Shown: positions 52,069 to 64,000 of the stretch, in pieces
Numbering within the stretch: position 1 is the stretch's first letter
Layout: every line of letters begins with the position of its first letter
NCBI GenBank assembly: GCA_001655205.1
Contig: LPNZ01008880.1
Coordinates: 12,775-76,774, forward strand
Direction: 5' to 3'
DNA: 64,000 bases
Source of the DNA: Lenisia limosa
Taxonomy: Eukaryota; Protista; Breviatea
The notes under the pieces: model-generated
What the model was told of the DNA's origin: nothing
The model's input: only the letters and a program-made list of their open reading frames with translations
The model's database searches: none
Translations under genes and position numbers: made by a program

Positions 52069-54584
52069 CTAGTCTCTATAATCCTCGCTTAAGTAATGAT
52101 AGTCTAAGAGATGTGCCATTGCTTGAGGTCCCACATCTGCATCATCTCCGTCTGGAATGTCATAAAGTAAATGAAACCAACTCAGTGTAACTCCCGCATT
52201 GAGGAGCCTATCTATCAGGATAGCGGCCTTCCTCAGCTCATCAGCTTCGTCCATAGACTATAGCATAAGTCAAGCAAGTTAGTAGGTACCTCGGATATTG
52301 ATACGAGCGCTGCGCTTAGTGACGATCGACCCTAAAGATGACTACAACACCTTTCGCAAACAGGGTAGGCAAGAGCGAAACAATCCGATCCGGCGTCCAA
52401 GAATCGAATGGCGATATCAAAGAGGCCCTCGCGAATGGCCTCCACAAAGACCGTTGTCGTCGTCTACTCAATAATGTACAATTTCGGTCATACCGAAAAT
52501 AAGGGGGTGTGGATGTCAATCCCATGTGAAATGAGGTAGTCAACGAAATCACCCCATGGGGGCTCAACTCTGTGTCTCCAAGATAATGAGCAAAATATTG
52601 CGGTTTCACCCTGAAATGTCAACACAATAGCCTTTATTTCACCCACCTTATCATTATAGATGTTACTTCTTGCACCGTACAGAAGAAGAAGTTCACTTGT
52701 TTCGTAATCACCCAAGAGTGCTGCCATGTGAAGGGCTGTGTCACCCTTGTCAAAATAAGATCAACGCAATGACAGGTTCCAAGAGATCTGAAAACTCACC
52801 CCATAGTTTTGGACATCAACGTCCACGCCATGTTCCAAGAGGCATCGCACAAGAGCTGTTTGCTGGGCTGTTGCTGTAACAAGCAGGCATGGTTCATCCT
52901 ACAGCTCATGACTTGTAAATCAATAGCTTGAACATGTTCTTTCTTCTAAGGTGCTTGTTCAAATACAAATAACACTTCAGCCAATATTATTGACCCACTA
53001 ACAAATTGGGGAGACTCAACTGAAGCACCATTTTTCAGCAAAAACTCGGCCGTTTGTAAATGTCCGTCCTTACAAGCTTCAAAAAGGGGTCCTTCTTCCT
53101 GGGGATATGAATAAAGACTGCAAATTCAACCGCTGAATTGATCAAAACCACCAAACAAGGTCATTATGGTTGAGCATAGCTCCCGCCTCAATCAGAGCTT
53201 CAACTTTCTCCAAGTCGCCTCTACCACTAGCAAAACAAAGAGCTGTGCCGTTTTTCATAGAGAAATGATCTAATTCAACCCCTAAATCTTAGTTGAACAG
53301 AGGGACAGGCAAATATAACAAAGAGAGAGACATACCATTTTGGATGAGAATCTTCAAAACACCAATACTACCATACTCCGCAACTGCCTGGAGAATATTC
53401 TTGTCCTGTAGATGACATCTTACCAACTTTCATACCTTCTTTTTGTTAATCGCATTAATATTCGCATTCTTGCCAATAAGGAAGTGAATTATCTCATAAT
53501 GTGACCCCATACAAGCATAGTAAAGAGCTGTCCACCCCTGAAAAGTCAGGTGATTACAAAAAAAAACCCTACATTTTCATCTTCTTCATCGACATCAAAG
53601 ATATGACTTTCAGTAAGAACTGTAACGGGTTCAATGAATCCAACCTGGCACGCTCGACAAAGAAAATTCACTGTTTTCGGGAGCTAAATATTAATGGCAT
53701 ATTTGCGTTACCCTTTCGTCTCTCAATATTGAATAGGTATTGAGATGGGTCCGAAGATTGGCCACATTGTTTGTAGCTATATCATTCAGAGCTCTTATGA
53801 TGTTCTATGCCATATAAATGACAGAAAATCCCACCTTTCTTCCAGAAGCTCCAGCGACTCCTAAACTTGAACTTATGGTTTTTGGGGAAACGTCAAGTGC
53901 ATAGTCATAAACTGTGTTCTAACATATTAATCTATAAAAAATTGAATTACCATGAAGGCAGGAATAAAGACATCTTAAAAAGGCTGCGCATCCCAAAAAG
54001 ATCATACATTTCCATCACTGGCATTGACATTGGCCCCAGCCTGGAGCAAAGCGTCTACAATTGACTGCCTATTGCTCTGAAGACTGTAGAATAGTGGCGT
54101 GAATGTCTGGTGAGGTTACATCTCAACAGCATGTAAAGGAAGGGTTTTTCTGAAAAACCGCTCAACACCATCTATAAAAAAACCCATTAAATCCACAGTG
54201 AGGAACCCCTGCTCGACACCCAAGTCCATCCACCAGTTCCAGCTCAGGCTCCAACGGCGCGTCGAATATGACAAGCAAGTTGGCCATTTCGGTATGGCCG
54301 CACCTGGCCGCTTCTGAGAGGAGGAGGCATTCTTTCTATGGTATAAGCTTGAATTGGTGGGAAGAACCTTCACAAGCTTGGCCTGGGGAGGCCTCCTTTC
54401 TTCAAGAATCTGTTGAGCTCTTTGAAGATCGTTACTTCTGACGGCATATATTAGATCCTCTTCTTGCCTCAGCTCCTAAAAAAGGTCCATTACAACATTG
54501 CAACAACATAAAAAAATTGAAACAGACAAGAAAGTCATGCTTGTATACACCATATTTCTCAAGAATAAGCTGGTCCCTCTTCAT
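52069..54584 (-). CDS. Ankyrin-repeat protein, multi-exon; start tentative
   Basis: Repeats such as GTALLFASGRGDLEKVEALIEAGA, GPLFEACKDGHLQTAEFLLKNGASV, LLLYGARSNIYNDKGETAIF, FLIGKNANINAIN, LISHGIDI. Confidence 0.8.
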
Positions 54585-54959
54585 TGTTCTACGGGAAATG
54601 GTGAGGGAAGGGTGTGTCAAGAACGTTGTGTTTTCTTCCCAGACCAGAACTCTTCAAATATACACTCTATCTATTGTCACAGTTTTTCGATTTGTGTTCA
54701 ATTTGCTAACACCACCATGCGGAAATGTTGGACTGCCGAGGGGTATAAACCCCGCACAGTGCTTTTTAGCGGGTTTATTCAGGGTTTCAGGTTATTTCTT
54801 TCATCTATTAAGTATATTTAGTGTATATTTTTGAAAATATAAAACCTTACAAGTGTATTCCGCTTTTCACGTACTATGACGACAGTTCTTCATGTGTAAT
54901 AAAATGATATGAGTCAGGATTATCACGCCTTAACGAGTTATTGGGAACCTGGACATGTT

Positions 54960-57900
54960 TCAAGGTATAAGTTCCTGCAAGCTTGGCTTGGGCATTTTGA
55001 TGATTTGACTTTCCAATCTGATAGGGGAATCCAATCTTCTTTGTTTCTGTTTTTTTGACGACCCAGGAACCTTTGTCAATGACAATGATGGGCTGAAATG
55101 GATGGTTACATCAGATATAACCATCCACATCGCCCTCAGCGGAAATGTCTGTATGTGAGGATTTTTTTGAACTTGGGGAACAGTTATATTGATCTTGCCT
55201 TTGGGAAACACTGATGTTTTAAATCGGATAAAGCAGGCATTAACAAATGGTGTTTTAATTAATCACAAACATGGGCATTTATGTTGTGGAGCCCGACCAA
55301 GTGGATTTGTTCTGCCGCCTTGCGTTCGTCTCTTGCCATTCCAAACCTAAGTTCCTATCTTCCCTTAACTTCTGATCTACCAGCCATATTGTCGTTGGCT
55401 GTTGGATCGACTGGAGCAAGTGCAAGCACCAGTGTCGTCGACGTACACACTGGGGGAGGAGTAAAAAAGGTGAGAGTATTTGTATTGGATGTCCAAAGTA
55501 CGCTATTCCTTTGTTCAGGGATTTGATTTCAGAATTATTATTCACACAAAATAGAAACCTGCTCTTCGATTTTTAATCAGATGTCCAAGACAGCTTCCCT
55601 AGCTTTTGAGAACTACCCCCCACTATCCGGTAGCGCAGGAGCCATCGGCTCGGCGATGGCGGCGGCGACATAGGCCTCGTGCGACTCAATGAAGGTTGCC
55701 GTCACTGTGGCCATCACCTTTTTGGTCAGCTTCAACAGGTGATGGGTGTTGTGTAATGATGCCACCCCGATCCCACTTTAGTGCCAGTTGAGGCTGTTAG
55801 GGTACAGTAGAAGCTCGGCTCTAGGTCCAGCATTGAAGAAAAGGGGAGTTGTGGTATTTTTACCAGCAGCAAGATGGACCAATCAAACATTAAAATCCTA
55901 CAAGGAAGTAATTTGGCGAAATAGTATTTATTCAATATTTTTGGTATTCTGACGGTGTTGGTGGGAATGGAATGTAGAACGGCACACCACAAAAAAAAAT
56001 AATTAAAAAAAAAAAANNNNNNNNNNNNNNNNNNNNNNNNNNNNNNNNNNNNNNNNNNNNNNNNNNNNNNNNNNNNNNNNNNNNNNNNNNNNNNNNNNNN
56101 NNNNNNNNNNNNNNNNNNNNNNNNNNNNACCTGGTCGTTATTGAGGGTAGATCGGATATATCATCAGAATTAGAGAATGTGTAGAAATGCAGAATTAAAG
56201 CCAATTGAATTTTTAGAGAATAATAAGTTGATTAGATAAATAATGGAGATGATCACGAATGATACCCTCGGGTGGACTCAGTGACACAGGCCTTGCCGGG
56301 AACAATGAGGTCAACCTTCTCATGGACCCTGGTTTTAACATGGTATGAGCTCCTTCAGCTGGTTTAGGCTTTAACTGTTTAGGGCGTTGATCACCCCACC
56401 CACCTGATAGACATGTCAGGATTATGACACGTAATGTATCTATTGGTTGTGTATTAGTGGTGTTTCTTAGGTTTTTCTTAGAGTATTACTTCATTGTAGC
56501 CCCCTCCTTAAGAAATAAACAAAAAACATCAATAAGACTTAAATACACGCATTTTCTACTACTATACAGGATTGACCCCAAGAGCCTCCAAGATTGAAGG
56601 AGTTTGCGACAAGGCGCCGACAAACGACAAAGACGCCACCGCCGCCTGTGCACTGCAACAGTCGTTGTTTGGAGTCTGCAGACACGCTCGACTGTAAAGC
56701 AGCAGCATCTATGATGGTGATGCGGACATGATGGATGAGAACTTCAGCCACAAACTGTATGAAGGTCGGCTTTGGGCATGATTTGGTGTAAGGAGTGGGC
56801 GAATACAGCCAATGAGATTTGGTCGCCTCGTTGGCTCATTGTCATTATGCTAGCCAGGTCCGTCTTCCGTTCTTGGTTGTGCTAAAAGGTCAGAGGGAAG
56901 TTGGCTACAAACCGTCATGAAAAAGGACATGAGAATTTCGAGGCAAACGGCCGTTTCAACCATAAGACCCTCATCCTCCACTTCGAAGGTGAACATCATG
57001 GCTGAAAAAAGTCAGTCAATAGAGGCTCAACAAACCATGACGGCAGGTATTAGAGATAACTGCAGTTTCAAACTCTGAGAGGGCTATTCGGGCGATCTGA
57101 AAGATGAACCGCCATGGGCCGTGTGACTTACCTCACAGAACCAGTGGTACGACACCAGCGGCAAAGAATGGGTCATTTCTGCGGGCGGCGGCAGGGACTG
57201 GAAACGGTCAAAGCAGGTCGGAAAATAGAAACACTGACACCAGGCGTACCTCGGGTAAAATAGAAGCAAAGGCCTCGGAATAGAGCTCGACAATCTCAAC
57301 ATTGTCATTATCTGAAAAGTTATATTTCATATGAAGAGGAACCTACTCAAGAATGAGAGGAAGCGGTTTACAAATAGAGAGGCGTCTTTCATTCGCTGAA
57401 GCCCCAGAAGAAAGTGTACAGTAAGCTGAACGGTGAAGAGCGTTCTTCTGAGGCAGGACATACCCTTCTTGTTGCGGACTTCGAGCCTGTTTCAGCAAGG
57501 AGGCAGAGGAAGGAAAAGTCGGAAAACGGCACCGCCGAAATAGTCTGTGCGAATGAGAAACAGACAAGGTAATTCAAAATCCAGCAACTGACCTGAATAA
57601 CACCATGCTTCGGCCGATTTCGGGAACAGTGCACTGCTTCGGCCAACCTAAACCGTCACTATACTATATCTGTAGAAGAAAGTTCAACACGAGACTATAA
57701 CTTCTATTATCTCGGAAATCAATAATCCATACAGCCCTTACCGGATATAAATCTCAGTGATGACGGCCAGCACCCAGGCATTGGACCCCTGGAATGGTAA
57801 AAAAAAGAGGGCATGCATCACCGTCAAGTTGGAATGATGAGAGGTAACATGTATTATATACTACATGAATGCAACAATTAAAGTTAATACAAATTTAAGA

Positions 57901-60900
57901 GTGTGCAATCATGTCCCCCTTGATCTGCGGTTCCTTATTGGTCCTCCTACCTCCGAGCCAGATAGTGGGTACTTTATTTCGACCTCAAGCGGAGGATCCG
58001 TTAGCTGCGTAAATCGAGGGGCTGTGAAGTAAATAAGAATGTCACGTGCCATATGTTTATGAAAGAGCCCCGAGGAACCCAGCCGACCGAGGTTCGGAAT
58101 GGACCGACGGATCGTTCCACTTTTTGGGACATCCTGGCAAGTTGCAACCACTGATGTGATAACGGAATCACTTTCAGTTGCACGCTGGCGCGCAGCTGTC
58201 GCGTCAGAACAGCAATATTAATCAACAAGGGGATAGACCTAACCAAACAAGACCCAACCTTTCATCCACTGTTGAGCCTTCTTATCCAGACGGGTTGCTG
58301 GTTTTGCCTCTGCCATAGCCATGCTGTCTTTTCGGATGCTTGCTGCGGCAGGTGCTCTTCTGGTCCTTACTGTGTTGAGTAAGGAGTCAGCTAATAAGTT
58401 TCTCAATTCGATTGACGAAGCTCACATCGTTCTGCAGCCATATTTTCGATGTCGTTTGGCACAGGTAGGACGGATTCACCTGAAATTGTAACTCAAAATC
58501 ATGTAAATAAACGACGTGCAGTAATATCACATACAACTACCCACTCTCAGTTGAAGCCCTATTCGGACCGTTCTCTGAAGAAGGTCCCAGTGTGCTGCTT
58601 ATCGAATCCTCTGAAGCAATGAAGGCCGAAATACAATGGGGGAAAAGACTGCAAAGTACCCCCCCCCCCCNNNNNNNNNNNNNNNNNNNNNNNNNNNNNN
58701 NNNNNNNNNNNNNNNNNNNNNNNNNNNNNNNNNNNNNNNNATGATTAGACCCATTGGGAGACAAGGTTTACAAACATTGACATTCAGGCGAGTTTCTTTG
58801 AGAAGAGCTTCAGCCGCAGCTCTTCGTCTCCTCTCATTGGAACGCTCATTTCTGAGAGTGTTAAAAGTGTGTCGGTGGTCTCACCTCTCTTCTTCAAGCC
58901 TTTCATTTGCTTCTTGAAGCGCGGCTTTAAGAATCTAAAAACGTGAGACCTTGCAGAATTGGGACCACAACAGGCAAGCATTGAAACAAACCTCATTTTG
59001 CCTTTTTGAGTCAGCAAATTTATCCTGTAGCCTGGTGTATTGGCCTCTCTCGTGTTCTAAAGCGATAAAAGAAGGCCACTCAAAAGACTATGGATAAATA
59101 TGGGAAAATTGACAACAAATTGTATCCTGTTAAAAATGTTAATACCTAACATTGATTGACAAGGATCCGCCCCTACCAAGTTGCGACTGATAGGCCGCGG
59201 CTTCGGCTGCCTTCGAGCCGACCATGTCCTGCAGTACCTCCACCTGATAGTTGAGCACTGAGAAAAGGAGGAATCGTGGCCATCTTCACACACCTGTTTT
59301 GCTAGTCGGACAAAGTGATCCATTTTCTGCGATGCTGCGTCCCAATGGCTGCGGGATGAGAACTTGTTGAGATTGTAAAATGGAATTGTTGTATCACTTG
59401 TAAGAGATTATACATAATAGTCTGGAACCAACTTTCTGTGTTCGTCATGAAGCATTCGTGCCTGTTCCTCTGCCAATTTCCACTCATAAGAATTTTGTTC
59501 AACTTCTTCAATTTGAGCTTGGACAACTGCATCCTTTTCGGCCAATTCTATGTCGTAACAATGGAAACCATAAGGTCAAATAAGTTGGATTCCCATCAAA
59601 AAGATAGCGATGTCGCCGAAAGAACGATTATTAAGATAATCAGGTTTGCCAATCATTAAATGGAAGAACTTACTACTTTTCTTATCTTTACTGAGTCTCT
59701 CCAGCTCACCTTTCGAAAGTCGTGTCTCCCATTTCTTATCCATATCTCTGACCTGCATTTCAAAACTCTACAATATCATTGTTTTATAGTCAATTTGGAA
59801 ACAAAAGGCATCTGCCAACGGAGATCCCCTTCTAGTATCTCTATTCTCTGTCCCATTGATCACCTCAATTTCATTCGCCATTGTGTCGAGAGACAGCTGG
59901 TACAGATCGGCCAAGGCGGTAGTGATACCATCATGCGCCCGCAAAGACCACTCCAGAAGGCTCCCTCGCTCCTCTGACCATGCCCAAACCTCGTGGTTAG
60001 ATCATATGCTCAAAGGCCCCAGAGGAGGATTGGAGTTGATCATATGCTCAAAGGCCCCAGAGGAGGATTGGAGTTAATAATGTTGTTTCCGGAAAGAGTA
60101 GAACGAAATACTGTCTTCAAACACAGTTGGATACACTCCTCACTTGTCTTATAGTTTCGTGAGTGATAATTGAAAGAGAGTCTCGCTGTCGCAAGAGGGC
60201 CTCAGACTGCGCCTTCAGATCCCTTCCAGAAAGTTCATCTACTGCTTTACAACAACAACATAATGCTGGGAATTGGCAGCAGCTACCCACCATCATTGAG
60301 CGCCTCCTGTGCATCTTTGAGAATGTGTGGAATAGCAGCTAAAAGATGGCTTGTCTGATCCTTTCCTTTTGGAATATTCTGGGGAAACAGTCGCCTGTGT
60401 CGAGACCCAGAACCTGGGATATCAAACAGGCCCGACATAATTTCGATTGTTACATAAGGACAATATTGATTTCACAGAAAAGAGTAACGCCATTTGGACT
60501 TTCATGGCATACTATCAACTTCCACATCCACATCATTTGCGCCAAACACAGGGTCAGCTTTGTGTTGCCAATACTGCAAGTTTAAGGGGAAATACATACA
60601 ATTGTAGAAATATCACAATGCGTAATACAGTGAATAAGCAGTAATTGGTGCATTAGGTGCTATATAAGTCACAAAACTAATGAATACAGTGTGCTTAAAA
60701 CAAAACCAAAGAGCATGACAGACACAGCAATCAAGCGCAGACGAACCTCTTCCGGTATTCTTGTCTCAGGAACTGGCCGGCGGGAAGACTGCGTTGTTAG
60801 AACCTCAACCAAAACAAAGGTCTATGGACTCCCCCATACCGCAACAGAAGACGGTTGAATTGATGACAAGTTGGGGAGAGGAAGGTCCTCCAGAGTCATG

Positions 60901-61091
60901 CTGGGGCCGTCATAGTCGTCCGGGCCTCGAGGCGTCACATAAGCCTTTTCAACGGGAGGGGACGCTGAGGGCTGGGGCGGTTGGAGAGTGGTACGTGGCC
61001 TCAGTGAGCCGGAAGAAAGGAAGGGAAGCTGGCTGTTGGAGGACTTGTTCAACCTTGACGGCTTTGTTAACGGAATGTAAGTGCTGTTCAT
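54960..61091 (-). CDS. Unidentified large protein: Pro/Ser-rich N-terminus, long coiled coil, helical C-terminal region
   Basis: In-phase exons: MNSTYIPLTKPSRL..., VRDMDKKWETRLSKELAEKDAVVQAQIEEVEQ, QYTRLQDKFADSKRQNEILKAALQEANERLEEE, MMFTFEVEDEGLMVETAVCLEILMSFF, MLLLYSRACLQTPNNDCCSAQAAVASL. Confidence 0.55.
60000..60075. repeat. 38-bp perfect tandem duplication inside an intron
   Basis: GATCATATGCTCAAAGGCCCCAGAGGAGGATTGGAGTT at 60000 and 60038. Confidence 0.9.
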
Positions 61092-61393
61092 CGTGGTTCA
61101 CGTTGTCATCTCAGCGTCATATGGAACTAAGCTACTGTTGGTAGATTTCGTTTTTTTTCTCAATACTAATATTATCTTAGTTAGAGTATAATAAAACCAA
61201 GATATGGAGGAAGAAAGAAAGACGAGTGGGGAGTTACAAGGGGGCCAAAGTTTGGAGGCATAATATTAGATCAATTAGATCCCTTTTAGTGAACTTTTCT
61301 CGTTTTTTTCGACCTTTTGAGGCGTCTAATAACCTTAGTATTTACGTATAAAGGTATTTACACTTAAAATTTCCATTTCGTATGACTATTTAG

Positions 61394-63752
61394 ATGGGAA
61401 AGAAAGTCAAAGCTATTCCTACTCCTCCTCCCGTGGTTGAAGAACCCAGTGACGACGATGATCTTGATTATATGCTAGAAGAAGAGGAAGTCGGAGTTGA
61501 AGACGATGTTGAAGAAGATGTTGAATCCGAAAATGAAGCTGTTGAAGCTGAGGAAGAGCAAGAGGAGGTTCTTGAGGAAGAAAGTGACTCAGAAATGAAA
61601 GAAGAAGGCGTAATGAGTGCCGAAGCAGTCATTGCAAATGCCATGAAAAAATTGTGAGTCTTTGTGGTCTTCTCCCCTCCATTTGGTCACTTATTCACAT
61701 CTTTAGCAAATCTGCAGGCCTTGATCACAAGACCTCAGACGACCTGACCTATGACCTTGGCAACCTGACTGCCTTCGACAATTCTGCTCTTGACCCCAAG
61801 AAGATGACGTGAGGGGGTTTGCTGGCTTTGTTTGCTGGCTTTTTTACGGGATATTTCTATTAAGGTTCTGAGACCAAGTTGTTTTATTGTTTTGGCTGAA
61901 CTGAGACAGTGGATTGACAATGTAGCAAGTCAGGCCTTGAGGATTACCTGAAGGAGTTGACGAGAGATAACACTCAGCTTCTTATCAACCAGGTATGAAA
62001 ACTGTGTTATATCTCTGCCATAGCCTATGAGGACTCGTTCTCCCCTTGTTCCATTCCCTGCCCTGTCCATCTGACGAGTCACCAGATCTTCTCGCTGCCC
62101 CGTGAGAAGTCGGAAGTCGGCCCACTGGCTGCCCTCCCTGAGCCTTCCACAATCCTTCCTCGTGAAAAGCCTGTAGGTTCATTTTTTAAAACTCAAGTGG
62201 ATTCTGTTGCACATATCAGTTCATTTCATGCTAGGATGGCAAATACTCTTCAATACATAGCATTTTTAGTGTAATAGCATATCGAAATAATATCGAAAAC
62301 CCATTAATGTGCCTTTTCTCATTTTTAAGCTTCCCAAACCAAAGGAGAAGACCAAGTGGGAGAAGTTTGCAGAGAAGAAGGTTTGTATAGCCCCGCTCAT
62401 AGACCCATGACCTTTGGGGGGGTTCAGGACCTTGGGGTGCTTTCGCTGCCTTGTATGGCTGTTGATAGTTTAGGGTATCCAAAACAAGAAGCGTGAGCGT
62501 ATGGTCTTTGATGAGCAGAGTGACAGTTACAAACCAAGGTCTGAGTAGACATGAACCAGTTTTCGGGTCTTTAGTTTTGTTTTTTCCCCCATGTATTTAT
62601 GATGAGGATTTTTGGTGTTTTACAACCTAGATTCGGCTACAAGCGAGGAGGAACCCTCAATGAGGTTGATATTATGCCTCATGACTCAAGTTTGTGGCGT
62701 AGAGGGTTTCCTTACTTCCGACGAGATAGCTCCTCCTCCCCGACATCATCCTTTCTCCCTCCCCCTCTTTTTTTTGCCTTTCATAGATCACGCTTGTCTC
62801 TATGCGCCGTCTTAGCATATAAATTTGTGTGTCGTTCCCATTTTGGCTGGGGTTTATTTAGCCTGGAGTTTTTTGTTTTGTTTCCCATATAATGGCTTGA
62901 CATCTCCAGAGATTCCAGTTGGTTCCGACCCTTGGACGCAGGAGTCGGTGGATAAGAAGGAGCGTGTTAAGAAGAATGAGGTTGGCTGTCGGGCCGTGGG
63001 ATTATGGTTGTGCACAACTACCTACTCTTTTGCTGTTCTCATTTTGCTTGTTTGGTGGGCTCAATTATGTCCATAGATCTGGGCGGGTGGATACTCGTTG
63101 AAATATTTGATCACTTCTCTTTAATTGTGTTTCAGAAGCAACGCCTTGCCAACAAGAAGCAGGCTCTCAAGAAACAGGAGAAGTCTCTTCCTTCTACTCT
63201 TGCTCTCACTGGTTTGAACACAAATGAAAAGTGATAGAGTTTATCCTTTGTGTATTAGTCTCACACGCAAGGAAACAACTATCACAAGAAGAATGACATC
63301 CACCGCGCTGTTGTGCACTCCCAAACGTCAACTGCCTCTTATGGAAAGTTCGACAAGGCTGTCGAGGGTGAACCGAATAAACTCAAGGGCAAGAGACGCA
63401 AGGTTTGTCCATCAACTCAAGGCCTACCCAATGATCAACTAACCCAATGTGCCTAACCCTCCATTAGTTCCAGCCAGCTGAAGCAACCAAGGGCGAGAAG
63501 GAGGGCAGCATGAAGGTCTACTCCAAGCTCTTCACCAAGGAGGGCACCCTCAATGTCAACAAGGCGGTCAAGAACGCTCAGACCGAAAAGGTATGCTTCC
63601 ACTTCTTGAAAGAGTCTTCGATTGTTGTTTCGAGACTTTATTGCCTTCTCATCAATCTTGTTTGTTGACCAATACAGTCAATTGAGTCAAGAAAGCGCCA
63701 GGCATCACGTGCTGCACAAGGCCAGGCCGGACGCAAGAAGGGAAGAAAGTAG
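61394..63752 (+). CDS. RRS1: Ribosome biogenesis regulatory protein RRS1, multi-exon, with acidic N-terminal extension
   Basis: [100 protein letters not shown]; stop at 63750-63752. Confidence 0.92.
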
Positions 63753-64000
63753 ATCCGTCATTGTTTCCAAGGGTTCATTTCTACCTCCAACAAAGAATGT
63801 TAGAGTGTTGCTTTCGAAGATGAATGTTCTGATATCCCTTTCCAATTTACTGGTTCACATTTGACCATTTCAGTTATGAGTCCGTGTCTGGCGTGTGATA
63901 GTTACCCTATTAGAGTGTTCGAACAACTTATGTCTACCACGTCTACCACAAGGAAGTCGAATCCACAAAACAAAAAAAGGCAATATCTTCAGAGTTGCAG

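Noticed and set aside
54960-61091. Assignment to PPP1R21, RELCH or an Ldh_2-type dehydrogenase
   Set aside because: Only short, out-of-order resemblances; diagnostic motifs are missing.

Overview
Eukaryotic, very intron-dense genomic DNA (GT-AG introns mostly about 30-60 nt, often with a CTRAC branch motif; many N gaps, often next to poly-C/G runs). Gene models below were spliced by hand, so exact starts and ends are approximate where stated. Recognisable genes: ATR-type PIKK kinase (3' part), a Cys-rich type I surface protein, a pseudokinase, katanin p80, class I (Fe-S) fumarate hydratase, a selenocysteine thioredoxin reductase, the [FeFe]-hydrogenase maturase HydF with a mitochondrial-type presequence, an MLF-like protein, CCDC22, a two-membrane-cluster nucleotide cyclase with swapped C1/C2 roles and GTP-type specificity residues, an ankyrin-repeat protein and RRS1, plus several unidentified genes. 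Mobile DNA: three pieces of one internally deleted Tc1-type element and three MITE/foldback elements. HydF plus class I fumarase suggests an anaerobic or microaerophilic protist with a hydrogen-producing mitochondrion-related organelle (inference; taxon not determined). The most striking locus is 24.1-28.1 kb: a high-Mr TrxR ending in Gly-Cys-Sec-Gly, fused to an N-terminal membrane DUF4395-like domain, with a 54-aa two-Cys insertion, a long hairpin 6 nt after the UGA and a non-canonical GUGA/CC SECIS.
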